A DNA stretch of 64,000 bases from Carpediemonas membranifera BICM. Lineage: Eukaryota; Protista; Fornicata. Positions 1 through 13,700 of this stretch are shown in pieces. The stretch's first letter is position 1; every line of letters starts with the position of its first letter. The notes under the pieces are model-generated. The model had not been told where the DNA came from, did not search any database, and saw nothing but the letters and a program-made list of their open reading frames with translations. A program made the position numbers and the translations under genes. The stretch lies in contig JAHDYR010000011.1 in NCBI GenBank assembly GCA_019828565.1, forward strand, positions 71,072 through 135,071. The letters run 5' to 3'.

Positions 1-1641
1 CAGCGTGCTCTGGACATGCGGTTCTGCCCGTTCTGCTGGAGGCCAGCGGGCTGGCCTCGGCCCGGCAATCAGCGTCGATCTGACTTGGTCATTAGTGGAC
101 CACATGCCGCTGCGGTCCTCTCTCTGACATGTTCAGCGAGATGTGCGGCCGGATCCCATCCAATCGTGGCAGGTCTAGCCACCCCCAGGCGCAACCTGCT
201 GATGAGCGGCAAGCCAGAGCGTCAGGTCCTGTGTATGCGAGATGGCCGACGTGGTTCCGCGCGCGGCTTGCGCCTGCGGCGGCGGGCGAAAGGGAGGGTT
301 GGCTGAGTCACCACGGGCTTCGTGCCCGGTCTCTGACTCAGCTCTCTCCCCTTCCCCGCCTTCGACGCCCACGCCGGGGAGAGGAACTCGGACACTGCGG
401 TGTCGTCGATGTTCCTCTCCTCTGGCTGGGTGCAACCTGGAGGCTGAGTCTGGCGCGTGGGCCTGTCACCCTGCAGCGGGGCGGCTGCGGGCTGGGGCTC
501 GCCAGTCAGCTGCATCGGCAGGCTGCGTGGCTGAGAGACGCTTGGCGGAGTCGGTGGGGGCAGCATCGGCAGGGGGTGGGGCTCGGGGGCCTGTCACCCC
601 TGCGGGGCAGCTGCGGGCTGCAGCCCAGTGTGGGGCGGCAGCGGAGTCAGTGGGGGCAGCCGGGGCAGGGGTGGGGTCGGTAGACCGGTCATCCCGCTGG
701 GCGGCTGCGGGCTGCAGCCCAGTGTGGAGGGCGAGCAGCGTGAGTCGATGAGCAGCCAGCGATCTGTCAGTGGGCCTGTCATCTGCGGGGCGGCTGCGGG
801 CTGCGGCCAGTTGCGGCAGCCCGAGTCAGTGAGCCTGGGCGTGGGTCAGTGGGCCAGTCATCCCGCTGGGCGGCTGCGGGCTGCGGCCCAGTTGGGGCAG
901 CGGAGTCAGTGAGGGCAGCATCGGCGTGCTCGGGGGCCGGTCTCCCTGGCGTCGGGCGAAGGCATCGGCCCTCGCATACTCGCGGGCGATGCCCGCATTC
1001 GGTGGGCTGGCTGGGCGGGGCGCATGCTGGACCCGCTTCACCAAGGCGGTTACAGACGTCGTCCTCTGAGGGCCTCGGACAGTCTGAAGGAGGTTCATCC
1101 TTCTCGCTTTCACTGGGTCGATGGCGTGCTCGATCATACGCTCAAGAGCCTCGTTCGCACGTTCGATGGTGAGCGTTGATGTGAACGCCTGATCAGTGGC
1201 TGCAGCGTGCAGAATGGCGACAGCATTTGCGACGTGATCGTCGCGGCGGGAAGCTTTCACCTTGTGGCCGGGGCCGAAGCGATTTGTCGCCGCGTGAACG
1301 TAGTTGGTTATCCAAACCAAGTTGCTCACCGTGAAGAAACGCTTGTAATCCGAAATAAGGCTCAATAGACGTTCTTTGTTCATGCAGATCTCAATAAAGG
1401 CCTCAGTATCCTTCGGCCAAGAGTTCTTCGAGCTGGATGGATGGAAATCGTTAATCCACCGCAGAAGAGCAGCGAACAGCGCTAATCGCTTGTCAATAGA
1501 CGTACCAGGTCCTTCATCGGATGTATGGCAGGATTCGTCGCCTTGCGGCGGCGAATCGAGCAACTTTCCTCTGGATACCATGGCCGAATTTACTTCCTGA
1601 GGTTGTCCGAACGACACGCGACTCCGCGGAATTTCGAGCAA
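1..1641 (-). mobile_element. CRE-like non-LTR retrotransposon unit 0, 5' portion only (N-terminal domain plus repeat linker; rest lies outside the window)
   Basis: ORF 826..1641 is near-identical to the N-terminus of the unit at 31354..36600. The first ~900 nt are indel-rich relative to sister copies. Confidence 0.85.
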
Positions 1642-1777
1642 CTACTCTCGCGCAGGGGCAGGGGATGCGTTATGCGATGCGGCGATGGGGCGGGAGGCGC
1701 AGGGGGCTCGGGGACGACGCAGCCTAGAGTGGCCGAGTCAGCCGAGTCGCGACTCCGGCACATTTCTGGTGAGGCGA

Positions 1778-4700
1778 TTAGGGGCGAAGTTCGGCCCAGC
1801 GGGCCTTGCACTGAGTGACGTAGTCGCTCCAGACGGTCATGTTGCCCTCCCAAGTCTTGAGGAAGACCAGGTCGCGCATGGTTCCCGCCAGGTGCGGCCG
1901 TGCGATGGCGTCGCAAAACTGCACCGCCCAGTCCGCGGTCAGGCGGGACTCCGTGGCGCCGCCGACGGTGGTGGCGGCGACCAGGAAGGTGACGTCCCAG
2001 TTGGCGTACTCCTTGGTCTTCTCGAGCTCGGCGTCGCGGGGTGCAGCCCGCAGTAGAAGTCCACGTATACATCATCGTGTACCGCGTTTCCGACCACGTC
2101 GCGCTCGCCCCAGACCTTGAGGTCGGCCCGCTTGTGTGTGGGCGCTGCGGCGTTGGTGACACGGAACTGTGGGTGTGTGTCGCGGAGGTCGACCTCTGGA
2201 CGGCAACGGGGAATGGGCCGCCCGCGTAGGTCGTCCTGGGCTACCAGGTCGTGCACAGCCATCTTAACGTGGTCGTGGCGTGCGGTAATGGCGCCTTCCT
2301 TGAGGTGGGCGCACCCTAAGGCGTGGCGCCACGTGACATCCTGCTGGGCCAGCACAAAGGGGACATGTGACCGGCATTTCGCGGAATGGGGCGACATTGA
2401 GGTGTGCCCGGGCGATTGGGACGAACGCGCTGTCGCATGAGACGTGCTCGAGGTCCAGGGGGCTCAGGCTGGCCTCCTTCCTGAGGATTCCGGCGGCGGG
2501 TGCGGTGAGGGAGCTGCAGTCGGTGAGGCCCTGGGAGACCTCCTCGGGGTCTAGACTGAAGTCGTGGGGTGTCTTGGGGCGGTAATTGGCCGTCCAGGTC
2601 TCTGCCAACATCGTTGTGAGGTTCTTCTGTGGCTTTTCAGCCTCGATGTCGAACAGGTCCTGGGTGGTCTTGGGCCACCTCTGGCACCCATTGGGAGCGA
2701 CTAGCTCCTCCTCCATGGCCCTTGTGATGCCTAGGGCGTGCAGCTGGTGCGCTGCTCCTAAAAACGCACATTGCCAAATGAGAGAGGGAAGTGGAATCCG
2801 AAGCCCGTAGTCATCATAATCAAGTGCAAGGCGCTCTTTTGGGATATTTGAAACGTCCGTTTCTTGAAGTATGCGGCCGATAACGGTTCTCAGCGTGTGT
2901 TCGAGCCTTTTGGTTCGGCATTCGTGCCCGATCGGGCTCACGTTGCGAAATACTGCTGAAGCCATCGGTAGAACGCATGACCTGATCATGTTGATCGCTA
3001 CGGCGGCTGCTTTTGGCCCCACGGTCTCCGTCATTTCTGCGACGCGTTCGAGCGCCTCCTCCATGCGCGTGAAGATATCATCCACTGCCTGGGAGATGCC
3101 GGCGTCGTCTCCTACGGGGATTCCCAACGCGCGTCCGCTCCGTCTGCCAAGTGATCCGGCCTTCGTCAGGATGAGGCACTTCTGCCTGTTGACGCGCATA
3201 CCAACGGCCTTGCATGCTGCTTCCACTCGCACGTAGAACGTCTCTATCGAGCGTTGGTCCGCGTGGGCGGGCAAGAGACCGTACAAGTCATCTTGGTACC
3301 CGAGAATGGTGGCGCTCGGGAGCTGAGACCGGAGGCTCTTCAGGATGGGCATCATTGCCAGCGTGAAGAGTGCGGGCGAGAGCGGGTCACCCTGGTGGAT
3401 GCCCTCGCGGCTGTCAATGACCTTGCCAGTCGGCGTAAGCAGCTTGCCCTCTCTGTACATCGTAGTGAAGTATGGGAGTGCGGCTGGGGCATAGGCCTGC
3501 AGTACTGCATGAAGGTGAGCCCGGGACACTGTGCCATACGCATTGGACATGTCCACAGCACAGACCTTGTGGCCCGACTCGTAGGCCTCGGCGATCTTGT
3601 TGGTCATGATGTCCAGGCCGCAGCTCTCACCCAGCCCATACTGCTCTGGGCAGACCCCATCGTCCCGGAGGCGGGCCGAGACGGCTGAGGCAAGGACCTT
3701 CGCGGCAAGGCGTCGGAGAGACTCGCCCATAGCGATGGGTCTGACGCGATCTTGGCCCTTTGGTAGCGCGATGAGCCGTGCGTGCGCGAGGATGCTTGTG
3801 TACTCCTCTCCTGCGATGATATCTCTCACGAGAGGTAGCAGCGCCTGGACAAGCTTTGCCTTTCCGCAGTCTGTGGGCCAGTTTGAGATGCAAGAAGCTC
3901 AGCCCGGATGGGCCCGGTGCCGAGTCCGCCCTCATCCTTCCTAGGGCTTCGTCAACCGCCTCGAACGTGATCTCAAAGGACGTCAGTGCGTCGGTGTGGG
4001 GTGTGAGTGCCGGTGTCTGGGGATCGTGAAGTGGGGTGGCCTGCATTTCCTCCAGCTTCTGGTCGATCTCTCCCGGTGTCAGTGTCATTTCCGCCGAAAG
4101 CAGGACCTTCATGGCGCTTGAATAGTACCCTGCGGCGGCCTTCGAGTATGCAGCTCGCTCCGGAGAGCGGGCCCGGAGAGAAAACGCCCTTCTTCCCAGG
4201 GCGGTATACGGTCCGCGCGTGCCGAAGGACGGCGGCTAGCGCCTCTCGCTTCCGACTCTCCGGGGCGTTGGCAAGGGCCACGAGCAGCTGGATCAGCCCG
4301 TTCACAAACCTGGCTGCCGCCTTTCGCGAGGGCTTTGATCGGCCGATACGGCCGGCTTCAGCTGGATGGGGAAGGAACGCCAGTTCGAGGGGCAGGTCGC
4401 CTGCGATGGGGGTCAGTTGGTGGCATGGGGAGGAGTGCGGCTCTCGGTCTCCGCTGGGTCAGACTGGGTCTGGTGTGCGGTGGACCACCGGTTGTGGGGT
4501 CCTGCCGGAGTCCGCAGGCCTCCCCTCATGAAGTAGACCAACCTTGGTGTGAACTCGCGGAACCCTTTCGGGAAGCTGTAGGGTGGCCGCCTGTCCGGCT
4601 CGTCAGCGAAAATGCCTTCCAGAAGCTGTGTCCAGCGTTCGCGTGACATCCTGTGGACGCCATTCTGCCCGCCGGACACTTCTCCGACCCGGACTGCTGT

Positions 4701-6049
4701 CGTGAGTGTGGACCTTACCTGCTCGGCCGAGCCCCAATGAGACTCGACCAGGTGGGTCGGGATGTTTGCGGTGAACCTATGCCGGAGTCGATCCAGCTTG
4801 GCAAGGCTCAGCCACCCCTGGGTAGGCGTGGATGATGCTGGCCCAGGGTGCGCCTCCGTGATCTGGTTAAGAGCGCCAGGAGGGCCTGTGTACACAAATG
4901 TACGTGGTTCAGGGCCTTGGCTTGCCTGCGGCGGCGGGCGAAGGGGAGGGTTGGCTGAGTCACCACGGGCTTCGTGCCCGGTCTCTGACTCAGCTCTCTC
5001 CCCTTCCCCGTCTTCGACGCCCGCCAGGGAGAGGAACTCGGACACTGCGGTGTCGTCGATGTTCCTCTCCTCTGGCTGGGTGGGGGCAACCTGGGCGGGG
5101 GTCTGGCGCGTGGGCCTGTCACCCTGCGGGGCGGTTGCGGGCTGCGGCCCAGTTAGGGCGGCAGCGGAGTCGGTGGGGGCAGCCTGGGCAGGGGGTGGTG
5201 TCGGTAGACCGGTCATCCCGCTGGGCGGCTGCGGGCTGCGGCCCAGTTAGGGCGGCAGCGGAGTCGGTGGGGGCAGCATCGGCAGGGGGTGGGGCTCGGG
5301 GGCCTATCACCCTGCTGTTGACGGTCTGCGCGGCCAGCAGCTACGCGACACGCGTATGCTTCTGCCTCGAGGAAGGCAGTGCGGTCTCGCGCAGGGCTTG
5401 CCGGGCGGGCCTCCTCGACACGGCTGATCAGTTGGGCGTATGACTGACGCCCGGTCTTGGCGCGGCGAGCGGCGATCTCGGACGGGCGGAGCGGACGAGG
5501 GTGCTCCCTCATGAGCTGCTCATCGGTCCTTCTGCCCCGTATCACGCGCTCGAGGGCCTCGTTGGCACGATCAATCGAGATCGTAGCAGTGAACACCTGG
5601 TTGGTGGCTGCGGCGTGAAGAAGTGAAGTGGCATTGGCGATGTGGTCATCACGGCGGGATGCCTTCGGCTTATGGCCTGGCCCGAAGCGGTTTGTGGCCG
5701 CATGAACGTAGTCCGTGATCAAAGAAAGGTTGTTGATCGTGAAGAAGCGTTTGTTGTCCGTCACAAGGCGCAATAAACGATCTTTGTTCATACAAACCTC
5801 GATGAAGGCCTCAGCGTTCTTCGGCCACGAGCCTTTCGGGCAGTGCTGACGAATTTCGTCCATTACGCGCAGGAGCGCAGCGAACAGCGCTAGTTTCAGG
5901 TAATTCGTGTCACCTGGTCCGTCATCGGATGTATGGCAGGATTCGTCGCCTTGCGGCGGCGAATCGAGCAACTTTCCTCTGGATACCATGGCCGAATTTA
6001 CTTCCTGAGGTTGTCCGAACGACACGCGACTCCGCGGAATTTCGAGCAA
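1778..6049 (-). mobile_element. CRE-like non-LTR retrotransposon unit 1: single ORF with RT, CCHC knuckle and restriction-like endonuclease (frameshifted in this sequence)
   Basis: RT motifs SAPGPSG, RPIAMGESLRRLAAK, DMSNAY, GIHQGDPLSP, YQDD. C-terminal CPLC..HALGC, RHD and RADL motifs. Stop at 1778; likely ATG (MVSRGK) at 5989. Confidence 0.9.
5080..5310 (-). repeat. 93-bp (31-aa) coding tandem repeat, 2 copies
   Basis: PTDSAAALTGPQP-type unit. Confidence 0.8.
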
Positions 6050-6187
6050 CTACTCTCGCGCAGGGGCAGGGGATGCGTTATGCGATGCGGCGATGGGGCG
6101 GGAGGCGCAGGGGGGCTCGGGGACGACGCAGCCTAGAGTGGCCGAGTCAGCCGAGTCGCGACTCCGGCATTTTGTGGGGAGGGCAGA

Positions 6188-9100
6188 TTATTGGTGGTGC
6201 TCGGCCCAACGGGCCTTGCACTGGGAGACATAGTCCGACCAGACGCGGATGTTGTCTGCCCAGACCGAGAGGAAGGTGCGGTGCTTGACCCTGGGGACCA
6301 GGTGGGGGCGGGCGATCGCCTCACAGAGCTTCACGGCCCAGCACTCGGTGATGCGGGACTCAGTCTCGCCCAGAACCGTGCAGGCAGCAGGCACGAAGGT
6401 GACCTGCCAGTTGCGGTACTCGCGGAGCTTCTCTAGCTCAGCCTCCCGCGGGTGCAGGCTGACCACGAAGTCGACATAGACTTCCTCGTGGACACGGTTC
6501 CCGACCACGTCTCTCTCGCCTGCCACCATGAGGTCGGCCACCTTGCGTCTGGGCGCTTCGGTATCGGCCTGCTGGTAGCGGGGGTGACGAGAGGTGAGCG
6601 CGACCTCGGCCTGGCAACGGGCCATGGGTCGACCTCTAACGTCGTCGTCGGTCAACACGGCGCTCACAGCGTCTCTAACATGGTTGTGACGCTCGGTGTG
6701 GGCGGTTCCCTTGGTGTGTGGGCACGAGAGGGCATGCTGCCAGGTGCAGCGCTGGGCCTGACACAGGGGGCAAGTCTCGGGCCACTCTTCGAACGGGGCG
6801 ACATCCAGGTGTGCCCTGGCAATTGGGACAAATATTGAGCCAACAGGCTTCGATTCTAGCTCAATTGGGGTGAGTGCGGCCTCTTGCCGGAGAATTCCAG
6901 CCGCCGGGGCAGCGCGCTGGGAGGAGTCGTTCAGGGCCTGAGTGGCCGCATTGCGGTCCAAGTTGAAGTCAGACGGCGTTGATGGGCGGTGCTGGACTGT
7001 CCAGGCGTCTCTATGGTACTTTGTGAGTTGTTTCTGAGGCTTTTTGGCCTCCATCTCATAGAGTTCGTCCTTGGTCCTAGGCCACTCTTCGGCGCCTTCA
7101 ACGGTAAACAGGGCCTCGTCTAGGTGCACAGACCGGTCCGGAAGCAGCTGGTGCAGCTGGTGTTCCGTGCCCAAAAATGCGCATTTCCAGACGAGTGATG
7201 GGATTGGCATGCGGAGCCCGTAATCTCCATAATCGAGAGCCATTCTACGAGTTTTTGTCTTCCAGACCATCTCTTAGTTGCAGAATGTGCTCTACGCTGC
7301 GGCTAAGCATCTGCTCGAAGCGGGATGTCCTGCTTTCGTGCCTAATCGGCGACACAGCTCTGTAGATTGCGGATGGCATCGCAAGAATGCATGAACGAAT
7401 CATATTCAGCGCAACGCTGGCCGCAGAAGGCCCTACAGTCTCCACCATTTCCACGACGCGAGCAGTCGCCATCTCCATCTCCGAGAAGACATCATCGACA
7501 GCTCTTGCCTCACCATGAGCGTCACCAACAGGGATTCCAACGGCTCTACCGTTGACTACCCGCTGAATGGCACCCGGGGAGCCAGCAGCGCTGATCACCA
7601 TACACTTAGCCGTGTTCACGCGCATGCCGATGCGGCCACAAACCTCAGCCATCCGGTCGTAGAACCGATCAACTCGTGAGGCCGGCATGGACGCTGGCGC
7701 GATCAAGTAAGCATCGTCCTGATAGGAGACCATCCTGCACTCCTGGAACTCACCTCTGATCTGGTCCAGGACCGGCTTCATCGCCAGGGTGAACAGCAGC
7801 GGAGATATGGGGTCTCCTTGCTGGATGCCCTCCCGGGACGGGATGACAAGGCCTGTTGGTGTGATCATCTTGCCCCCGGCATACATCGTGTGCAGGTACG
7901 GTAGCAAGACCGGGGCCCACGCCTGTGCGACCTCAGACAGATGCTGCCGACTGACGGTTCCGTACGCATTGGACATGTCAACGGCGCACAGCTGCGCACC
8001 GCCGGCGTACGCTGCCTTCAGAATGTCACCCATGCAGTCCAGGCCGCAGCTCTCGCCCAGTCCGAACTGCCCCTCGCACACACCATCGCCAATAATCCTC
8101 AGCCCGACATCGTGGGCTAGGACCTTACCTGCGAGGCGTCTCAGGCTCTCGCCCATTGCAATGGGCCGGACCTTGGAGTCTCCCTTAGGCAGGGCAACGA
8201 GCCTCGAGTGCGACAGGATCTCAGTGTAGGGCTCCCCGTTGATGATGTCGTTGATCAGAGGCGTGACAGCAGCAACAAACTTGTGTTTGCGTAGGCGGTA
8301 GGCCAGCTTCAAGTGAAGGAAACTCAGGCCCGAGGGTCCCGGTGCCGAGTCTGCTTTGAGCCTGTCCAGGGCCCATGTCACAGACTCCGGGGTGACCTCA
8401 TATGACTCCAGCGCACCCGCCCGTTGCTGTGGGTGGAAGAGACGTGGGTCTGCCATTGGCTCGGCCTGCAGCTCCACCAGCTTCTCGTCAACCTCGGTCG
8501 GGCTGAGGTCCATGTCCTCAGACAGGAGGATCTTCAGGCCACTGGAGTAGTAGCCGGCCGAGGCCTTGGTGAAGGCCGAGCGCTCCTTGGTCCGGGTCCG
8601 CAGTGTCACCTGCTTCTTGGCGGGCTTGTACACCGTCTGACCATGGGTCATGATGGCAATAAGGCCACGCCGTTTCTGCTGGGCAGGCACCTCGTTCAGG
8701 GCCTCCAACAGGTTGATGAGACCCTTCACGAATGAGACCGCACCCTTCCTTGAAGGCTTCGACTTCCCAATCCTGCCGGCCTCCGTCGGGGAGGGGAGGA
8801 ACTTGAGGTCCTCTGGGAGCTCTGGAAGGATGGTCTCCGGCTGCGGGCGGGGAGCAGTGAGCCTTCTTCTGGCTGGCTGGGCCGTCCTTGGCTGCGGGAC
8901 AGCTGGGAGAGCGGGGTCGACTGGCATACCCAACCCTTCCCTCATGAACGCCACGAACCTGGGTGCGAACGACTTCAGGCCTTGCGGGAACGCATACGAA
9001 GGCCGGTTCCTCGGGTGAGCCGCAAAGACCTGCTCGAGGAGAGCCGTCCAGCGTGCTCTGGACATGCGGTTCTGCCCGTTCTGCCCCCTGGAGAGCCAGC

Positions 9101-10655
9101 GGACGGCGTCGACAGACGTCAGCGTCGCGACGACCTGGTCGTTGGTCGACCACATGTCTCTGTCTTCCCGCGGTACATGTGCGTCAAAGCTGCGGCGAAC
9201 AGCGTCGATGGTCGTGCGGTCGAGCCACCCTGTGAGCCGGTGGGCGGGGTCAACCTGCGGCGGCGGGCGAAGGGGAGGGTTGGCTGAGTCACCACGGGCT
9301 TCGTGCCCGGTCTCTGGCTCAGCTCTCTCCCCTTCCCCGCCTTCGACGCCCGCCAGGGAGAGGAACTCGGACACTGCGGTGTCGTCGATGTTCCTCTCCT
9401 CTGGCTGGGTGGGGGCAACCTGGGCGGGGGTCTGGCGCGTGGGCCGGTCTCCCTGCGGGGCGGCTGCGGGCTGCGGCCCAGTTGGGGCAGCAGCGGAGTC
9501 GGTGGGGGCAACCTGGGCGGGGGTCTGGCGCGTGGGCCGGTCTCCCTGCGGGGCGGCTGCGGACTGCGGCCCAGTTAGGGCGACAGCGGAGTCGGTGGGG
9601 GCAGCATCGGCAGGGGTGGTGTCGGTAGACCGGTCATCCCGCTGGGCGGCTGCGGGCTGCGGCCCAGTTAGGGCGGCAGCGGAGTCGGTGGGGGCAGCCT
9701 GGGCAGGGGTGGTGTCGGTAGACCGGTCATCCCGCTGGGCGGCTGCGGGCTGCGGCCCAGTTAGGGCGGCAGCGGAGTCGGTGGGGGCAGCCTGGGCAGG
9801 GGTGGGGTCGGTAGACCGGTCATCCCGCTGGGCGGCTGCGGGCTGCGGCCCAGTTAGGGCGGCAGCGGAGTCGGTGGGGGCAGCATCGGCAGGGGTGGGG
9901 CTCGGGGGCCTATCACCCTGCTGTTGACGGTCTGCGCGGCCAGCAGCTACGCGACACGCGTATGCTTCTGCCTCGAGGAAGGCAGTGCGGTCTCGCGCAG
10001 GGCTTGCCGGGCGGGCCTCCTCGACACGGCTGATCAGTTGGGCGTATGACTGACGCCCGGTCTTGGCGCGGCGAGCGGCGATCTCGGACGGGCGGAGCGG
10101 ACGAGGGTGCTCCCTCATGAGCTGCTCATCGGTCCTTCTGCCCCGTATCACGCGCTCGAGGGCCTCGTTGGCACGATCAATCGAGATCGTAGCAGTGAAC
10201 ACCTGGTTGGTGGCTGCGGCGTGGAGAAGTGAAGTGGCATTGGCGATGTGGTCATCACGGCGGGATGCCTTCGGCTTATGGCCTGGCCCGAAGCGGTTTG
10301 TGGCCGCATGAACGTAGTCCGTGATCAAAGAAAGGTTGTTGATCGTGAAGAAGCGTTTGTTGTCCGTCACAAGGCGCAATAAACGATCTTTGTTCATACA
10401 AACCTCGATGAAGGCCTCAGCGTTCTTCGGCCACGAGCCTTTCGGGCAGTGCTGACGAATTTCGTCCATTACGCGCAGGAGCGCAGCGAACAGCGCTAGT
10501 TTCTGGTAATTCGTGTCACCTGGTCCTTCATCGGATGTATGGCAGGATTCGTCGCCTTGCGGCGGCGAATCGAGCAACTTTCCTCTGGATACCATGGCCG
10601 AATTTACTTCCTGAGGTTGTCCGAACGACACGCGACTCCGCGGAATTTCGAGCAA
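6188..10655 (-). mobile_element. CRE-like non-LTR retrotransposon unit 2 (near-intact, one frameshift at ~7260)
   Basis: ORF 7245..10655 has RPIAMGESLRRL, GIQQGDPISP, YQDD. ORF 6188..7270 has CPLC-HALSC, RHNHVRD, KVADL, VYVDF, ELEKLREY (RLE). Confidence 0.93.
9410..9915 (-). repeat. 93-bp (31-aa) coding tandem repeat, 5 copies
   Basis: Five TGPQ units in ORF 7245..10655. Confidence 0.9.
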
Positions 10656-10793
10656 CTACTCTCGCGCAGGGGCAGGGGATGCGTTATGCGATGCGGCGAT
10701 GGGGCGGGAGGCGCAGGGGGGCTCGGGGACGACGCAGCCTAGAGTGGCCGAGTCAGCCGAGTCGCGACTCCGGCATTTTGTGGGGAGGGCAGA

Positions 10794-13700
10794 TTATTGG
10801 TGGTGCTCGGCCCAACGGGCCTTGCACTGGCTGACATAGTCACTCCAGATGCTGAGGTTGCCCTCCCAGGCCTTCAGGAAGGCCGTGTCGCGCATGGTTC
10901 CCGCCAGGTGCGGCCGTGCAATGGCGTCGCAAAACTGCACCGCCCAGTCCGCGGTCAGGCGGGACTCCGTGGCGCCGCCGACGGTGGTGGCGGCGACCAG
11001 GAAGGTGACGTCCCAGTTGGCGTACTCCCGGGTCTTCTCGGTCTCGGCGTCGCGGGGGTGAAGACCGCAGTAGAAGTCGACGTAGACGTCGTCGTGGACG
11101 ACGTTTCCGACCACGTCGCGCTCGCCCCAGACCTTGAGGTCAGCCCGCTTGTGTGTGGGGGCGTCGGCGCTCGTGACGCGGAACCTAGGGTGGGTGTCGA
11201 GCAGATCGAACTCGGGCTTGCAGTGGGGGATGGGGCGCCCGCGGAGGTCGTCCTGGGTCACGAGATCGTGCACAGCCATCTTGATGCTGTCGTGGCGTGC
11301 GTTGGTCGCGCCATCCTTCAGGTAGGAGCAGCCGAGGGCGTGGCGCCACGTGATGTCCTGCTGGCCACAGAGGGGGCAGGTGACCGGCATCTCGCGGAAT
11401 GGGGCGATGTTGAGGTGCGCCCGGGTGACGGGGACGAACACGCTGTCGCAGGAGGTCTGCTCGAGGTCGAGGGGGCTCAGCGCGGCTTCTTTGCGGAGGA
11501 GTCCGGCGGCGGGGGGCCTCGAGGGAGCTGCAGTCAGAGAGGCCCTGGGAGACCTCCTCGGGGTCTAGGCCGAAGTCGGCGGGTGTCTTGGGGCGGTACT
11601 TGGCCGTCCAGGCTTTTGCAAGCATCGTAGTGAGTGTCTTCTGCGGCTTTTCAGCCTCGATGCTAAACAGTTCCTGGATGGTTTTGGGCCACTCCTGGCA
11701 CTCTTCTGGAGAGAACAGCGCCGCCTCCATGTCCCGGGTGATGCCTAGGGCGTGCAGCTGGTGGGCTGCGCCCAAAAATGCACACTTCCAGATGAGCGAC
11801 GGAAGAGGGATACGGAGCCCGTAGTCGGCGAAATCGAGCGCTAGACGCTCTTCGGGTATCTTTGTGACGTCGGATACCTGAAGGATGCGTGCGATGGCAG
11901 CTCTCAGCTTCCGCTCCAGGCTTTTTGTGCGGCATTCGTGGCCAATCGGGCTCACGTTGCGAAAGATTGCCGAAGGCATCGGAAGAACGCAAGACCTGAT
12001 CAGATTGACCGCCACCGAGGCCGCTTTCGGCCCCACTGCCTCGGTCATCTCGGCCACCCGCACGAGCGCGTCCTCCATGCGCGAGAAGGCCGCGTCCACA
12101 GCGTTGGCAACGCCCGCGTCGTCGCCTACGGGGATACCGAGCACCCGTCCGCTTTTTGGCCCAGTGTCCCCGTCTTCGCCAGGACGAGGCACTTCAGTCG
12201 GTTCACCCGCATACCGACGGCTCCACACGCCGCCTCCACACGCGCGTAGAATGTATCGATCGTCCGCTGGTCTGCCTGCCGGGGCAGCAGCCCGTACACG
12301 TCGTCCTGGTAGCCGAGGATGGTCGTACTGGGAAGTTGCGACCGGAGGCTGCCGAGGAGGGGCGTCATAGCCAGCGTGAAGAGGGCTGGGGACAGGGGGT
12401 CCCCCTGGTGGATGCCCTCTCGGCTGGCTATGACGTGCCCGGTCGGGGTCAGCAGCTTGCCCTCGCCATACATGGTGGAGAAATAGGGGAGGGCGGCTGG
12501 GGCGTGCGCCTCGAGCACCACACGGAGGTGGGCGCGGGACACGGTTCCGTAGGCGTTAGTCATGTCAACAGCACAGACCTTGAGCCCTTCGTCGTACGCT
12601 TCCGCAATTTTCGCGGTCATAACGTCCAGGCCGCAGCTCTCGCCGAGCCCGTACTGCTCAGGGCAGACGCCGTCATTACGGAGACGCGACGAGGCGGCCG
12701 AGGCGAGGACCTTCGCGGCCAGGCGCCGGAGCGCCTCGCCCATGGCGATGGGTCTGACCCGATCTTCGCCCTTCGGCAGTGCGATGAGCCGTGCGTGAGC
12801 GAGGATACCCGTGTACTCCTCGCCGGCAATGATGTCGCGCACAAGGGGCAGGAGTGCCTGCACCAACTGGCCCTTCCGGAGTCGATGAGCGAGTTTCAGA
12901 TGCAAGAAGCTCAGCCCGGATGGGCCGGGGGCCGAGTCCGCTCTCATCTTCCCCAGCGCCTCGTCTACGGCCTCGAAGGTGACCTCAAAGGACGTGAGCG
13001 CGTCGGCGCGGCGTGTGAGAGCCGGCGTCTGGGGATCTCTCAGCGGGGCGGCCTGCATCTCCTCCAGCTTCTGGTCGATCTGACCCGGCGTGAGTGTCAT
13101 CTCCTCAGAGAGCAGGACCTTCATGGCGCTGGAGTAATACCCGGCGGCGGCCTTCGAGTATGCAGCTCGCTCTGGGGAGCGGGTGCGGAGGGAGATCCCC
13201 TTCTTCCCAGGGCGATATACTGTCCGCGCGTGCCGGAGAACGGCTGCCAGAGCCTCCCGCTTCCGGTTCTGCGGCGCGTTCGCCAGGGTCACGAGCAGCC
13301 GGATCAGCCCGTTCACGAATCCCGCGGCAGCCTTCCGTGAGGGCTTCGCCCGGCCGATGCGTCCGGCTTCCGCGGGGTGAGGCAGATATGACAGCTCGAT
13401 CGGCAGGTCGCCCGCGAGAGGGTCGGCCGGCGGCAGGGGCAGGAGCGCTGCTCTCGGTCTCCGTGGGGGCTGGCTGGGCCCGGCATGGGGCGGGGCCTCA
13501 GCACTAGGGTCCGGCGGAAGACCGCATGCCTCTCTCATGAAGAACACAAACCTCGGCGTGAACTGCCTGAACCCTTTGGGGAAGCTGTAGGGTGGCCGCC
13601 TGTCCAGCTCGTCAGCGAAAATGCCTTCCAGAAGCTGTGTCCAGCGTTCACGTGACATCCTGTGGACGCCATTCTGCCCGCCGGACACTTCTCCGACCCG

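Noticed and set aside
1-930. Apparently degenerate older copy of the repeat region
   Set aside because: Indel-rich noise confined to the window start looks like low-coverage sequence rather than biology.
5930-6190. Hammerhead/HDV ribozyme, RNase P (gaggaaag), tRNA or spliced-leader gene in the junction
   Set aside because: Only partial motif matches (ccgatga rather than ctgatga; gaggaaagttg), and no complete fold could be built by eye.
9410-9915. CRISPR-like repeat array
   Set aside because: Contiguous in-frame coding repeats with no unique spacers and no cas genes, in a eukaryotic context.
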